Assembly (NCBI RefSeq): GCF_001194135.2
Contig: NC_068985.1
Coordinates: 42,149,000-42,212,999 of the forward strand
Direction of reading: 5' to 3'
DNA length: 64,000 bases
Origin: Octopus bimaculoides
Lineage: Eukaryota
Below, one piece after another: positions 25,393 through 41,879 of the stretch. The number at the start of each line of letters is the position of its first letter. Position 1 is the first letter of the stretch. The position numbers and the translations under genes were made by a program. The notes below the pieces were generated by a model. The model worked only from the letters and a program-made list of their open reading frames with translations. It was not told the DNA's origin and did not search any database.

Positions 25393-26475
25393 TACGATGG
25401 GAAGCTGAAAAGTTTCTGGCTTTCGGTAAAAGAAAATACAGAAGGATCAATTAATTATGATTTTAATCAACATATTCCCCTTTCGAATTCACACACTTAT
25501 TGCAGTGGTCCTTCAGTTTTTTTTTAAGCCCTGTAAAAAAATCGGAAGGTTGGGCTTTCAACCAGGCCTCAGTAGCAGCGATCACTTCCAAATAGGAGTG
25601 AAATTTCGTTCCCTTGAGATGTTTCTTCAGTTGTGGAAAGAGCTGATAGTTGGAAGGAGCCAAGTCAGGTGAGTAAGGTAGGTGGTCTGCCAATTCGAAG
25701 CTAAAGTCGCATATTTTCCAGCCGACTTCTGAGTCCGAAACTTCTTGGGACGCAGCGAACCGCTGTGACACCACTCCACTGATTGCTGCTCGGTCTATGG
25801 ATCATAATGACGAAGACAAGTTTCATCATTGGTGACTAAACGAGCCGTAAAATCAGCCACTCTCGCTGCAAACCGGTCAAAAATCGCCTTTGATGTCGAC
25901 ACTGGAGCGCTTCTGATCTACGTTCAGGCATTTCGGTACTCATTTTGCGGATAGCTTTCTCATGCCCACAATGTTATGAATGATATGGCCAACTCTTTAG
26001 CAAGAAATCCCCAGCATCCTAGTTATGACTTTAGCTGAAATCTAGCGGTCCTCGAGAATCATGACGTGCACAGCGTCGGCTTTGTCCTCTGTAGTCGAGG
26101 AAGTTGACTGTCCTGACCGGGGTTCATCTATGACTTCGAAATGACCAGTCCGAAACCTTAGCATCCAGATTTTCACTGTAGAGTAAAATGGGAAGCCAAC
26201 CTTCAAGACTCCCTTCATCTTGCCATGGATTTTCGCCGCTTCTTTATCATCCAAAAAGAGAAATTTCATGGCCGCTCGTATTTCAATTTTTCCAAAATTC
26301 ACTATAGGAGCTGCCATCTTGCGCTAAATCTGCAAGAAAGAGAAAGATGTATATTGTATACTATCAAGATCTGTTGCCTATCTTCTAATAGGTTCTCCTA
26401 CCACTCCTGTAAAGGTACCAGCTCTACCCTTTCACTATACCCTTAAAGCCAGGAACTTTCCAGCAGCCCCTCGCA
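25393..26475 (-). mobile_element. Decayed mariner (DD34D, irritans-like TIRs)
   Basis: Imperfect TIRs tacgatgggaagctgaaaagtttctggcttt and aaagccaggaactttccagcagcccctcgca. Fragments IEIRAAMKFLFL...EPRSG and HLPYSPDLAPSNYQLFPQLKKHLKG. Confidence 0.85.
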
Positions 26476-26956
26476 AATTTTATTTATAATATGGTATAAA
26501 TAAATAACGAATAAATGATAGGAGCATGCATAGCCGTGTGACTTAGAAGTGGTTTGGAGTTCAGTCCTACTGCACGGTACTGTAGGCAAGTGCCTTTTAG
26601 GTCAGGGCTATCCAATGACTTGTGAGTGAATTTGTTTGACAGAAAGTGGACGGAAGACTGTCGTATGTGTGTTTACGTATCTATGTATCTGTATATATGT
26701 GTTATTCTTTGTGGTTGTCTCTCACGCTTCAGACTCAGTGTTGGTTTGCTTACGTCCGTTAGTTTGCTTGTAACTTAGCGATTCGGTCAAAAAAAAAAAA
26801 AAGCTATTGAATTAGTCATACATATTAAAATATGTACTGAGGTCGATTTAATCAACTAAGCCCACCAAGGCTAGCGAAACTAGTGAAAGTGTAAATGTGT
26901 TTGCGATGATTTTCCTATGTCGGTCACCCATTAACCCATTACCCTTTTATTTTCAG

Positions 26957-27205
26957 GCTATGAGTCTTGTTTGGAAGGTCATAAGTACTGCGACCATATG
27001 TTTGGAACTCGCTTCCGTAAATGTATGCTGCAACTCGGGCGGGAAAATCTACTGAAGTATTATACGATGTGTAATACAGTGATGTGTCGTGAAACTGGGG
27101 ACATGGAGCAATGGAAGAACGATGCATGCGACGTCATCGATGCATTGGCACACGAGTGTGAAATAATTGGTATCAAAGTATCATGGCGAGAAGTAACCAA
27201 GTGTT
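26957..27205 (+). CDS. Exon: C8 domain 1 (C|YESCLEGHKYCDHMF...WREVTKC)
   Basis: ttttcAG acceptor and GTAAGT donor, phase 1/1. The split codon T|GC gives a Cys that aligns with the first Cys of C8 domain 2, and the Cys spacing and W-R motif match the second C8. Confidence 0.88.
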
Positions 27206-27344
27206 GTAAGTATGAGTGACGGAGTATACGCACAGAAATAAGACGGATTACACAAACATTTTTGCTCAGTTGTTTTGGCGTTACCTGTTTGGTGTCGCTG
27301 ATTCCATGCTTACTTGTTTAACATTAGACGTTTCAATGTTTCTC

Positions 27345-30275
<2,931 letters not shown>

Positions 30276-32555
30276 AGTATGTATGCATGTATGTATGTAA
30301 GTGAGATAATAGTTTCACTTTTACTAGTTTTAGTGATGATAGTGAAGGTATTAAAACTGAAAGTATTATCTCACATAACAATAGAGATGTTATTGTTTCA
30401 CTTTTGACGCATAATACTGAAATAGTGTAAGAAATAAGGGACTGCTCCGGGCTTGCATTAGCTAAGAAGTTGAAAATTGTTTTGGCCCACAACACTGCAT
30501 GGACCCTAAGAAAGGCATGTGTAAAATTTGAATGAAATGGACTGAGTAGTTCTCGAGTTTTAGTGCTGCACACATACAGACACACATACAGAAACATTCT
30601 CAGATTTATATATATAGATATTATAGAATATTGGTTATATTTCTCTTTTCATTTGAAGCTCATTCACGTATTCATATCACTAACATTGCTAATCGCCCCT
30701 TCTAAAATATAGATTTGTTGTAGCTGGCCAAGATACTAATTAATTGCCCTCTTATAGCCATATAACCTTGTTAATACTTTATTTATCTTAGTTCAAATAA
30801 TGTCTTTGTCTCTTCGAAAAACAATTTCTATCTCAACTGATCCGTTAACTCAGTACTCATACCTTCGTCTCTGAATGATACAGTTTGCATCTATCACTCA
30901 CAATATGTTCTTCATACGTTCTTCACATATGTTGTAGTGCAGTTCTAGCGAACCTGATGGCCTTGCCTTTGTCAATGAGACATTTCAATCAATATCTTTT
31001 CTCTTAGCACTACAGACTCCATGGCCAACACATTCAGCTTTTCCAAGTATACAAATCCATTCACTGGAAAAATAAGTAACATGTTAAGTAGTAGAAGTAC
31101 TGGTTTCTTTCTGATTGTTTTGTAGATTTGTAGTGCTGAATTTTGATCCTTCTGCGGATTGGAGATACATTGGTTCTGTCCTCTTTGACTTACTTTGATA
31201 CTGATAGACAAATTCCTTTGTGATGCTCCCCAGTGGCATGACATACACTGACATTTTTATGTCTGTAAAACCTTCAAAAGAGAGTAAATATCATTATTTA
31301 AGAGCTTTCTTATATCTGAGTTGGATGTCTGACATATCTAGGTTAGCTTTAACATACATGTTTGATTAAAAATAGAGGTATCTCTTAGTTTCGCGAGACT
31401 AACAGATGCATCTGCGCCTAGAAAGACCTATTTTGATCTCATTGGTAGAGCAACATCTGCTGTGACCTTGTGAATGACAGTCCCGTCCACAATGACTTCA
31501 ATTGAAGCCGATTTTGTTTTTCTTCATCAACTAATCTCAACTCCACCCCTCGTCTTTTAAAACCGTCATCAATTTCTGGTTTCCACTAGGTGCGCCCATC
31601 AGTAATATCCTTCTACCTTTCAACATACATGTAGAGAGACCTCATGTCTCTCTTGCAGACACCTTTGAAAATGAAGGTGGAGTCACCTATATGTTCTTGT
31701 TGGTGGCCACTTGCCTATACAGAAGGTCTTTCCTGACTCTCTAATCTGACTTACGGTGTGTATAGCGCAGTCTGTGGAGGTGTCGCTGTTGAAGTAGGAT
31801 GAGAAGGCTGGGTATCAGAGCGTGAGCCTGGACCTCATTGTTGGCAACTCAATCAGTTCACTTGATGTCAAAAATCCTTCTCATGTTACATAAATGAAAA
31901 GTGTGGAGACACCGCTTTTATCTGGAATAGATATTCCAGAGATCGGTGTCGTAAAGCAGCGCTAGTGTTGTAAACATTATCGACCACACATACTCAATGT
32001 ATGTGCTTTGCTTGTTCAACAGTACGCTGCGGCTAGCGTGGTGGGGATAACTCCCTCAAAGTGCCGGGTGTTAAAACACTTGAAAGTCATAGACAGGCGA
32101 AACAACTCACCGTAAATTCCATTCAAAAGCGATAGGAATCGTTGTTTCACCCTTGTTGTGGCTTATCAACATCACGTACATGAACCGAATCACAGGTGAA
32201 CTGAATCACCAGTGCATGACTATATACAAATAGTGTAAAAACCATTTGATGATACGATACGACGATGAGTATGTAAGAATTCATTTAAATATGAATTAGC
32301 AGCAGCGCTGGTGTTGTAAACATTATCGACCTCACATATTCAAAGTATTCTCTCCGCTTGTTCGACGGCAGGCCATGGTTTAGTGCGGTGGATATCAATG
32401 TTTCGCCTGAATGGGATTTAGGGCTAGTTGTCTCGCTTGTCTAATCGACTGGCCCCCCCTCCCCCAAAATTTTGAAACTTGTACCTAGAGTAGAAAAGAA
32501 TAGATAATACACACACACACATACACGCACGCACACATACACGCACGCACACATA

Positions 32556-33561
32556 CAGGGTGCGATGGGTAAATTGTCGCTGTTTTATATTTTTAATTTC
32601 GCACATGTGCATTGTTTGTTTTTGATTTTGTCGAATACACAGTATAGTAGGGTTAGCTGGGCAGCGCCTGTGAGAAAACAGCACCATGACGCAGTCCACT
32701 CTTCCAGAAATTTGGAAACGACATGCTGTACTGCTTGGCGTTCACGCCAGAAGCTTCAATACGAACATTTCACAGTGTTTGAGTGTCAATCTGAGAACAG
32801 TGCAGAGGATGCGGAAAGAGTTGGATGAGTCTAATGGTGATTACGAAGGTATGACAGCTCGGAAAATTCACTCTGGGCATTCTAATAAGAAAAGAACTCC
32901 TGAATTTGTTGGTGAGATCCTGGCCAAGTCAATCAGGTCCATCGCCAGGGTCGTGGGAGTGTCTGAGTTTCTTATTAGGCAAGTTGTACACGAAGACATT
33001 CGGTATTCCTCATACAAGATTAAAAAGGGCCAATTTTTGTCCCAGGCCATCAAGGACAAGAGGAAAGACCGCGCTACGAAGCTTTTGGACAAACTTAAGC
33101 ATCCCCTCCAACCTAACATACTTTAGTTTTTCTCAGACGAGAAAAATTTCTGCCAAGATTAGATGGTGAACACAGAACAACCGTTGGCTTGCCGTGTCCC
33201 CAAAACATGTACCGAGAGGGATAAAAATCAAACATCCAGTCAACATCATGGTGTTTAGAGTTATCACTAGTTATTCCTCCATTCATCTTCCCACACGGCC
33301 GCCTCACACTCAACACGGAGGCCTACATCAAATGCCTGGTGAAGGTAGTGTTGCCCTGGGTCAAGAGGGCGGCCACTGGCAACAGGACTCTGCACCATGC
33401 CATACAAGCAAGAGAACCCAGACAATTTCTGCGACCACATCACCCCTAACATCTGGCCACCTAACTCCCCAGACTGCAATCCCCTTCATTATAATGTGTG
33501 GGGCGCAGTTGAGCGAGAGATCAACAAAACTCCTTGTAACACCAAGGAGGAACTGAAAGCA
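32556..33561 (+). mobile_element. Decayed DD37D (maT-like) transposon, 3' end lost at a (TA)n tract
   Basis: TA + CAGGGTGCGATGGG end. Frameshifted transposase MTQSTLPEIWKRHAV...FSDEKNF...WQQDSAPCHTSKRTQ...IWPPNSPDCNPL.YNVWGAVE. Family assignment is from motifs because this copy has deletions in the spacer. Confidence 0.8.
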
Positions 33562-33562
33562 A

Positions 33563-33652
<90 letters not shown>

Positions 33653-34569
33653 CTCGGCAACCGACATTGGTTTGATTACCTCCCCGCATCATACCGGTAA
33701 GGCAATATAGGACTTATAGAATAAGTACCAGGCTTAGGAAAAAGAATAAGTATTGTGGTCGAATTGCTCAACTGAACCCTTCAAAGCGATGCTCCAGCAT
33801 GGCTGCAGTCTTATTACCGAAACAAGAAGAAAGATAAAAGAAAGTTATATAAAATGGGATTAGATTCGCAAGCAGTTGATTATTGGTCTACTGGATCGGG
33901 GTTGGCCTGGGGGTAAATAACTACATAGTGAAGTAATAGGCAGTTTCACAGAGTTCGTAGAGCAACAGACGAAATGCATTGCGAAACTTAGTCACTTCCC
34001 TTTATATGCCGAGTTCAAATTATAGTGAATTTGGCTGATATACAAGGCAATTCTCATCTCATGTAAACTACTATTGGTTTCAAATTTTGGCACAAGGCCA
34101 ACAATTTCAGGTGGGGAGGAGGCGGTTAGTCGACTATATCGACCCTAGTGCTCAATTGGTACTTATTTTATCGACCCCAAAAAGATGAAAGGCAAAGTCG
34201 ATCATTGCAGAATTTAAAGTCAGAATGTAAAGACAGAAGAAATGGCACTAAGCATTTTGCCTGGCGTGCTAACGATTTTGCCTTACCTTTGTACTAATAT
34301 TAGAAATCATTATTTAGAACAATATATGTATTTTTCATTCTGTTTGCACTAAAACTACAATATCATGATAGAAATTATTGAAACTATAAATAAAATAGAA
34401 AAACATTCCGAAAGAAGAAAGTTATTTCTGAATGTCTGCTTGGGAACTGTTTTATTTAATGACACATAATAGTTGATGAACTAGTTCTCAGAATTGTAGC
34501 CAATGCATTGCTCAATGAATGACGCCATCAGTTGCACAACAGATTTCTTGTTATTTTTTATTAGTATCA

Positions 34570-35045
34570 TTATTTTTATTTGTGTAGTTTGAGGGTGTGG
34601 GAATGAAAGAATCTATTGAATGATTGATCTTCGCAGACCTTCCGGGACCTGTGAGAAGAGTGCCGTTAAAATTTCTCTTAAACAGGATGCAAGTGGGCGG
34701 CTGCAAGGAAAACGTGTGCTGAGAGTGAATCTTAAAGGGCAAGAAAGAAAGAAAGATTGACAAAGTGTAATGTGGAGTGGACACGTGTGGGTAAAGGGCC
34801 AAAGAGAAGTGGGGAGGTATGGAAGTCGAAAAAGCTGAAGTGTAAGTGACATGAGGAGCAGGTTCTACTGTAGCAGCGGTGGAAAAAGGCGAAGAGAATA
34901 GCCAGAAGATGAAGTGTGTGAGCGACTTTTTAGCAATTAGTCGAATGATCTTTCTTTGAATGCAGTTTCAGGCGTCTGTATATATGAATAGTAATGTTCC
35001 AGATGTAGGGCAGTACTCCATGGTGGATCTCACCTGAGATTTCTA
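34570..35045 (-). mobile_element. CR1/L2/Jockey-group LINE 3' relic
   Basis: Minus strand KSQVRSTMEYC...CIQRKIIRLI... resembles the post-RT C-terminal region. Heavily decayed. Confidence 0.55.
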
Positions 35046-35440
35046 GAACAGAGCTCACTCACGGCACACATATTCTTTTCAAAATTCGGCGGCACACCTG
35101 AACTAAAAATATAACTAAAAGTATACGGGAAAAAATTATATTCAGGTTACAATACGGCACACTTAGCATAGTCACGTGGCATACTGGGTGCAGAGTACTG
35201 TTCTAGAAGGTTAGTAGATGTTGGAGATAAAGTATTTTCAGGCTTTGAAGTAGGCTAATTTTATGATACAGTTTTTACTATGTTCCGGATGTACATTTCA
35301 TTCGGGAAGATCATCAGTGATTGTGAAACGAGAAATGTCCAAGTTGTGGGTATTCAAACTGAAGTAAAGTACTCCTTACATGAAGTAAAATAAATGTATT
35401 CACTCGAATGTGACGTTCACGTCGTTGCTACTCTGGGTTT

Positions 35441-35482
<42 letters not shown>

Positions 35483-35654
35483 TGTGTGTGTGTGTGTGTG
35501 TGTGTGAGTGTGTGTGCGCGCGCGCGCGCGACAGTCTAGCTGATGATCTGCTACTTCTATCCTAACTATCAAATATCAAATGAATATCTCTTTCCGGTTA
35601 ACCTATCTATCTATCTATCTACCTACCTACCTACCTACCTACCTACCTACCTAC

Positions 35655-35685
<31 letters not shown>

Positions 35686-36112
35686 CAAACATAGAACGTC
35701 AACCTTTTATATTAAGATGGTGCGCTCTCTCTCTCTCTCTCTCTCTCGCTCTCTCTCTCTCTCTCGCTCTCTCTCTCTCCTTTCTCCTCATAGACATACA
35801 CACACACTCTCTCTCTCTCTCTCTATCTATCTATTTTTTTTTCTCTCGATTCCTTTTGATCGAACTCCCCCCCTTTTCCCTTCCTACGATCTCTTTTGAT
35901 CGACACACACCTTTTTTTTTTCTTCTTCCCCCTCCCAAAAAGAAAAGCTCTACATTGTATTTGTCCCATCTTCGTTGAGCCCTGTGTGGCTAATAAAAGA
36001 AATGTATCTNNNNNNNNNNNNNNNNNNNNNNNNNNNNNNNNNNNNNNNNNNNNNNNNNNNNNNNNNNNNNNNNNNNNNNNNNNNNNNNNNNNNNNNNNNN
36101 NNNNNNNNNNNN

Positions 36113-36175
<63 letters not shown>

Positions 36176-36407
36176 CGCGCGCGTGTGTATATGTGTGTGT
36201 GTTTATGTAATTTTATACGTATGAATATGTCTATGTATACGTATCTATGCGTGTACGTGTGTGCATATTTGTAGAGATTCCCTTCAGATCTCACCAAATC
36301 ATTGATTCATTCCTGCAGCCATTACCTTCGTTATAACATACTAAATCAATGTGGTGTCGTGGATTCTTCTCCAAACATGGAACGTCAACCTTTTATATTA
36401 AGATGGT

Positions 36408-36453
<46 letters not shown>

Positions 36454-37159
36454 NNNNNNNNNNNNNNNNNNNNNNNNNNNNNNNNNNNNNNNNNNNNNNN
36501 NNNNNNNNNNNNNNNNNNNNNNNNNNNNNNNNNNNNNNNNNNNNNNNNNNNNNNNNNNNNNNNNNNNNNNNNNNNNNNNNNNNNNNNNNNNNNNNNNNNN
36601 NNNNNNNNNNNNNNNNNNNNNNNNNNNNNNNNNNNNNNNNNNNNNNNNNNNNNNNNNNNNNNNNNNNNNNNNNNNNNNNNNNNNNNNNNNNNNNNNNNNN
36701 NNNNNNNNNNNNNNNNNNNNNNNNNNNNNNNNNNNNNNNNNNNNNNNNNNNNNNNNNNNNNNNNNNNNNNNNNNNNNNNNNNNNNNNNNNNNNNNNNNNN
36801 NNNNNNNNNNNNNNNNNNNNNNNNNNNNNNNNNNNNNNNNNNNNNNNNNNNNNNNNNNNNNNNNNNNNNNNNNNNNNNNNNNNNNNNNNNNNNNNNNNNN
36901 NNNNNNNNNNNNNNNNNNNNNNNNNNNNNNNNNNNNNNNNNNNNNNNNNNNNNNNNNNNNNNNNNNNNNNNNNNNNNNNNNNNNNNNNNNNNNNNNNNNN
37001 NNNNNNNNNNNNNNNNNNNNNNNNNNNNNNNNNNNNNNNNNNNNNNNNNNNNNNNNNNNNNNNNNNNNNNNNNNNNNNNNNNNNNNNNNNNNNNNNNNNN
37101 NNNNNNNNNNNNNNNNNNNNNNNNNNNNNNNNNNNNNNNNNNNNNNNNNNNNNNNNNNT

Positions 37160-37656
37160 ATCAACTGTAACTTCTTAAAACCCAGAAAAGCCATTACTGC
37201 AGAAACACATTGCCATGAAATTGCCAAAATGAATGAAAAACTGCTACTCCTCCGACCCAGACTGGTCAACAGAAGAGGGCCAATCATTCTTCATGACAAC
37301 GTTCGACCACATGTTTCACTAATGACGTTGAGGGAACTTAGCTATGAAGTTTTTCCCCACCCAGCTTATTTCCCAGACTTTTTCCCTACCGACTATCACT
37401 TTTTCAAGCACCTTGATGGTTTCCTACGAGAAAAGGAGTTCGAAAATCAAACCGATGCTGAAAGTGTTTTCAAAGTGTTCATCAGCTCCAGAACTCCAGA
37501 TTTTTATGTTATCAGAATAAACAAACTTGTAACTCTTTGGCAAAAATGTGTTGATTGTAATGGTACTTACTTTGATTAATGAAATTTCGGCATTGTTGAA
37601 ATATATTGTGATGAATTTCATGCTTCAAAACGTTGCTTACTTTTTACTCCGCCTGA
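37160..37656 (+). mobile_element. Mariner DD34D 3' fragment (5' part in assembly gap)
   Basis: PIILHDNVRPH...[19 protein letters not shown]...WQKCVDCNGTYFD*. Terminus ...tactccgcctga followed by TA. Confidence 0.85.
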
Positions 37657-37690
37657 TATCTATCTATCTATCTATTTATTTATCTATCCT

Positions 37691-37722
<32 letters not shown>

Positions 37723-37724
<2 letters not shown>

Positions 37725-38204
37725 GTAAGCCCTCGACTAGCGCGTGTTATATTCCAAAATCACCCGTGATAGTTAAAAATTCGCGAAGTAGAAACAGTAC
37801 TGCATTTTTTAAAATTATTTTTATAATTTGTAAACATTTATTTTATTATAAATGCAAAACAACACCACCCACTCGCCTCCTAAGTTTCATTTCCCATACA
37901 GTATATGCGATTGTTTGTTTACTCATCTACGGTACACTACGTATTTTCTTTTAATATATTTTAATTATACAGTGCAGTACTGTACTGTATTTTCTACATT
38001 TATTAATTTATTAATATTCAGGAGTGATAATGCTTATTTTACCACAGAAATAATTAAAACCTAAAAAAATATAAATACCTATCGGCCGCAGAAACCCGTG
38101 ATATACTGAGGAGTCTGCAATATAAATTTACATAAATTAGCCAGAAAAATCCGTGATGTACTGAGAGCGCGATAGGTGAACCACGATATAGCGAGTGATT
38201 ACTA
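37723..38204. mobile_element. pogo/Tigger-like MITE
   Basis: Imperfect TIRs tagtaagccctcgactagcgcg and cgatatagcgagtgattacta, TA flanks, AT-rich non-coding interior. Confidence 0.6.
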
Positions 38205-38214
38205 TATATATATA

Positions 38215-39368
38215 TCAGGTCATCCCATAAGTTCTGTCCGAATTTTGAATAAAGAAAACAAGCGATCAAATGTTTATTTAATTGAAATTTAATCATCAAT
38301 GTACTTTCCCTGATTATCTATGACTTCCTTCCATCTATTTACAAGCTTTTGAATCCCATCAATGTAAAACTCTTTTGGTTTCAAAGCGAAGAACTCTGAA
38401 ATGTCAGTTTCGACCTCCTCCTGGCTCGCGAAAGTTATGTCCCCCAAATGATTCTGTAAACTACGAAACAAATGGTAGTCTGAAGGNNNNNNNNNNNNNN
38501 NNNNNNNNNNNNNNNNNNNNNNNNNNNNNNNNNNNNNNNNNNNNNNNNNNNNNNNNNNNNNNNNNNNNNNNNNNNNNNNNNNNNNNNNNNNNNNNNNNNN
38601 NNNNNNNNNNNNNNNNNNNNNNNNNNNNNNNNNNNNNNNNNNNNNNNNNNNNNNNNNNNNNNNNNNNNNNNNNNNNNNNNNNNNNNNNNNNNNNNNNNNN
38701 NNNNNNNNNNNNNNNNNNNNNNNNNNNNNNNNNNNNNNNNNNNNNNNNNNNNNNNNNNNNNNNNNNNNNNNNNNNNNNNNNNNNNNNNNNNNNNNNNNNN
38801 NNNNNNNNNNNNNNNNNNNNNNNNNNNNNNNNNNNNNNNNNNNNNNNNNNNNNNNNNNNNNNNNNNNNNNNNNNNNNNNNNNNNNNNNNNNNNNNNNNNN
38901 NNNNNNNNNNNNNNNNNNNNNNNNNNNNNNNNNNNNNNNNNNNNNNNNNNNNNNNNNNNNNNNNNNNNNNNNNNNNNNNNNNNNNNNNNNNNNNNNNNNN
39001 NNNNNNNNNNNNNNNNNNNNNNNNNNNNNNNNNNNNNNNNNNNNNNNNNNNNNNNNNNNNNNNNNNNNNNNNNNNNNNNNNNNNNNNNNNNNNNNNNNNN
39101 NNNNNNNNNNNNNNNNNNNNNNNNNNNNNNNNNNNNNNACTCATAAACATTATGTGCCTTAAATGCTTTTTGGATACTTCCATGTTAGTAAGGGTTTTAA
39201 TCAAAGAAATTTTAATTCTATTATCCTGTAAAATAATATTTAATTAGTTTAAATGTACACAAATGCATAAAAATATTTTTTTTATTCCATTAGACATTCT
39301 AAAACACTATTAAATTTCATTCAATTTTAAAAAAGGTAAAATCGGACAGAACTTATGGGATGACCTGA
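38215..39368 (-). mobile_element. Mos1-like mariner, interior in assembly gap
   Basis: Perfect 27-bp TIRs tcaggtcatcccataagttctgtccga with TA flanks. N-terminus MEVSKKHLRHIM and C-terminus FRSLQNHL...GIQKLVNRWKEVIDNQGKYIDD*. Confidence 0.9.
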
Positions 39369-39642
39369 TATATACATATATATATCTTATCACCATCAGA
39401 AATTTCACTTTCGTTTAATAATTCCTCTATGGATCTGCATCACTCTGCAACTTTCTTCTTGTTCACTTTTTTTAATATAGACGTTGCTCTACAAAAGTTC
39501 ACCATGAACATTAGCAGCATTGAATATTTCACCAATCTAGGAAATCCTAGAGATATCATAATTGGTGCTTTGCTTCGTCTTTATAATTTTACAAAATGTA
39601 ACAACTGATTAATTCAATGATGTTTGGTTTGTCTTTTTTTAG

Positions 39643-39845
39643 ATAAAAAATGTCCCGAGAATATGACGTTCAAGCATAACGTATCTCTGTGTAGAATAAC
39701 CTGTGACAACTATAATACAAAAATAAAGTGTCCTACCGATGAAACGGAGTCTCGGTGTGACTGCAGAGACGGTTATGTTCTGAGTAAAGAAACGTGCGTT
39801 CCAGTCCAAGAATGTGGTTGCATCTACCAAGACTACTTCCTGGAG
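39643..39845 (+). CDS. Exon: TIL domain 1 (KKCPENMTF...CDCRDGYVLSKETCVPVQECGCIY)
   Basis: tttttttAG acceptor, GT donor at 39846, phase 1/0. Canonical TIL pattern CxCxxGYVL..CV...CGC. Confidence 0.9.
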
Positions 39846-39937
39846 GTATTTATATTTATTATCATCATTGCATTCACCCGATATCGAGAATTTGATTCCA
39901 TTGAAACTATCTGTATATTCTAAGATGGTTGAATGAG

Positions 39938-39978
<41 letters not shown>

Positions 39979-40602
39979 NNNNNNNNNNNNNNNNNNNNNN
40001 NNNNNNNNNNNNNNNNNNNNNNNNNNNNNNNNNNNNNNNNNNNNNNNNNNNNNNNNNNNNNNNNNNNNNNNNNNNNNNNNNNNNNNNNNNNNNNNNNNNN
40101 NNNNNNNNNNNNNNNNNNNNNNNNNNNNNNNNNNNNNNNNNNNNNNNNNNNNNNNNNNNNNNNNNNNNNNNNNNNNNNNNNNNNNNNNNNNNNNNNNNNN
40201 NNNNNNNNNNNNNNNNNNNNNNNNNNNNNNNNNNNNNNNNNNNNNNNNNNNNNNNNNNNNNNNNNNNNNNNNNNNNNNNNNNNNNNNNNNNNNNNNNNNN
40301 NNNNNNNNNNNNNNNNNNNNNNNNNNNNNNNNNNNNNNNNNNNNNNNNNNNNNNNNNNNNNNNNNNNNNNNNNNNNNNNNNNNNNNNNNNNNNNNNNNNN
40401 NNNNNNNNNNNNNNNNNNNNNNNNNNNNNNNNNNNNNNNNNNNNNNNNNNNNNNNNNNNNNNNNNNNNNNNNNNNNNNNNNNNNNNNNNNNNNNNNNNNN
40501 NNNNNNNNNNNNNNNNNNNNNNNNNNNNNNNNNNNNNNNNNNNNNNNNNNNNNNNNNNNNNNNNNNNNNNNNNNNNNNNNNNNNNNNNNNNNNNNNNNNN
40601 NN

Positions 40603-40647
<45 letters not shown>

Positions 40648-41728
40648 AATATATACACATACATATACATACTTATGTAGACACACACACACACACACAC
40701 ACATACACATACACACACATGGAGGAGACAAGCATGAGAAATGAAACAAAAAACATTATAAATACGAATACTTAACAACAGTAGACAAATGAATGCATCC
40801 AGAACTGGAAAGGATCGAGGAACCCCAAACATCTCGTACCTTCTGCTCTGGACACTTTTCCTCTCCTGACTGCAATGTTCAAACAAAATTTAATGACTAC
40901 CATTTCGTATGTGCAGATTTGGCAGCTTGCAACCAGCTTTCATCAAATTTGCTTAAGTAAAGTATCTCACACCCAGCCATTATCTATTGCTTCAAATGAT
41001 ACATGTAGCAGTTAATGAGGACTTGGTAGAGAAACATAATTATGTCCTCAACCATTTCTAGGGTGTTTACCATATAACCTTTTTTTTTACCATGACCACC
41101 AGTAAGCGGATAACTGCTACACCCTCCAATTCAAAAGAGAGTGATGGGGCGATCTTTACAAGAGTCTCGGTCAACAACTTAATCCATCCTACATGAACTA
41201 ACAGCCGTTCAACTTAACTCGGCATGTTATCAATGTCACTGAGTGATACTGAATAAGTGTACAGATAATGGGTTCCTTGCTCCCAGTACATATTGGATAA
41301 GCCTGAGTGACAGTACTTTTGTTCTTTCAGAGCTTATCCCAAACTAGTAATGACTCCGTGATATATCACCAGGCTGGGAATATCTGGAAATTGTCCATAA
41401 TTGCTATACGTAAAGTCTTCCAGAATAAACTGCTTAATAAACCGTTAATAAACTCCAGAATGAACTGTTGAGCTTCTTCAACGTCCAGATTCTCCCTGAG
41501 ATTGTTATAACTGATGCCCGCCACTAACCCTCTATAGATTGTTGGTATCTACGTTCCACCATCTTCTTTGTCCGACTTATAGGAAACTGTAAGCGGCTAG
41601 ATATTTCCTGAATTATACAGAACCAATTTTTGGTGTATTTCTTTCAGCTCTCAACAAAACTGCAGATACGAGCGTTCTGCTCTGTAATTTTAAGAGAAAA
41701 CTGTAAAAAGATATTATTTCTATTTCAG

Positions 41729-41879
41729 GTTGGTCAGACGGTAACATTATTTGGCTGTCATATGATGGCTGTATGTGTTAGGGACAAGTTTGGTTGGAGT
41801 AATATAGAGTACCATGAACTACCAGGATGTAGCCCACGAGAATCATGCCATCTTGTCAACGAAAGTTATGAATGCATTG
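41729..41879 (+). CDS. Exon: TILa-like segment (VGQTVTLFGCHMMAVC...CSPRESCHLVNESYECI)
   Basis: tatttcAG acceptor, GTAGGT donor, phase 0/1. Paralogous to exon 54951-55158. Confidence 0.85.

Noticed and set aside
40780-41640. Possible LINE coding relic (also 30800-31900 and 47790-48250)
   Set aside because: Composition looks element-like but I could not read diagnostic motifs in any frame. Needs a Dfam/Repbase search.
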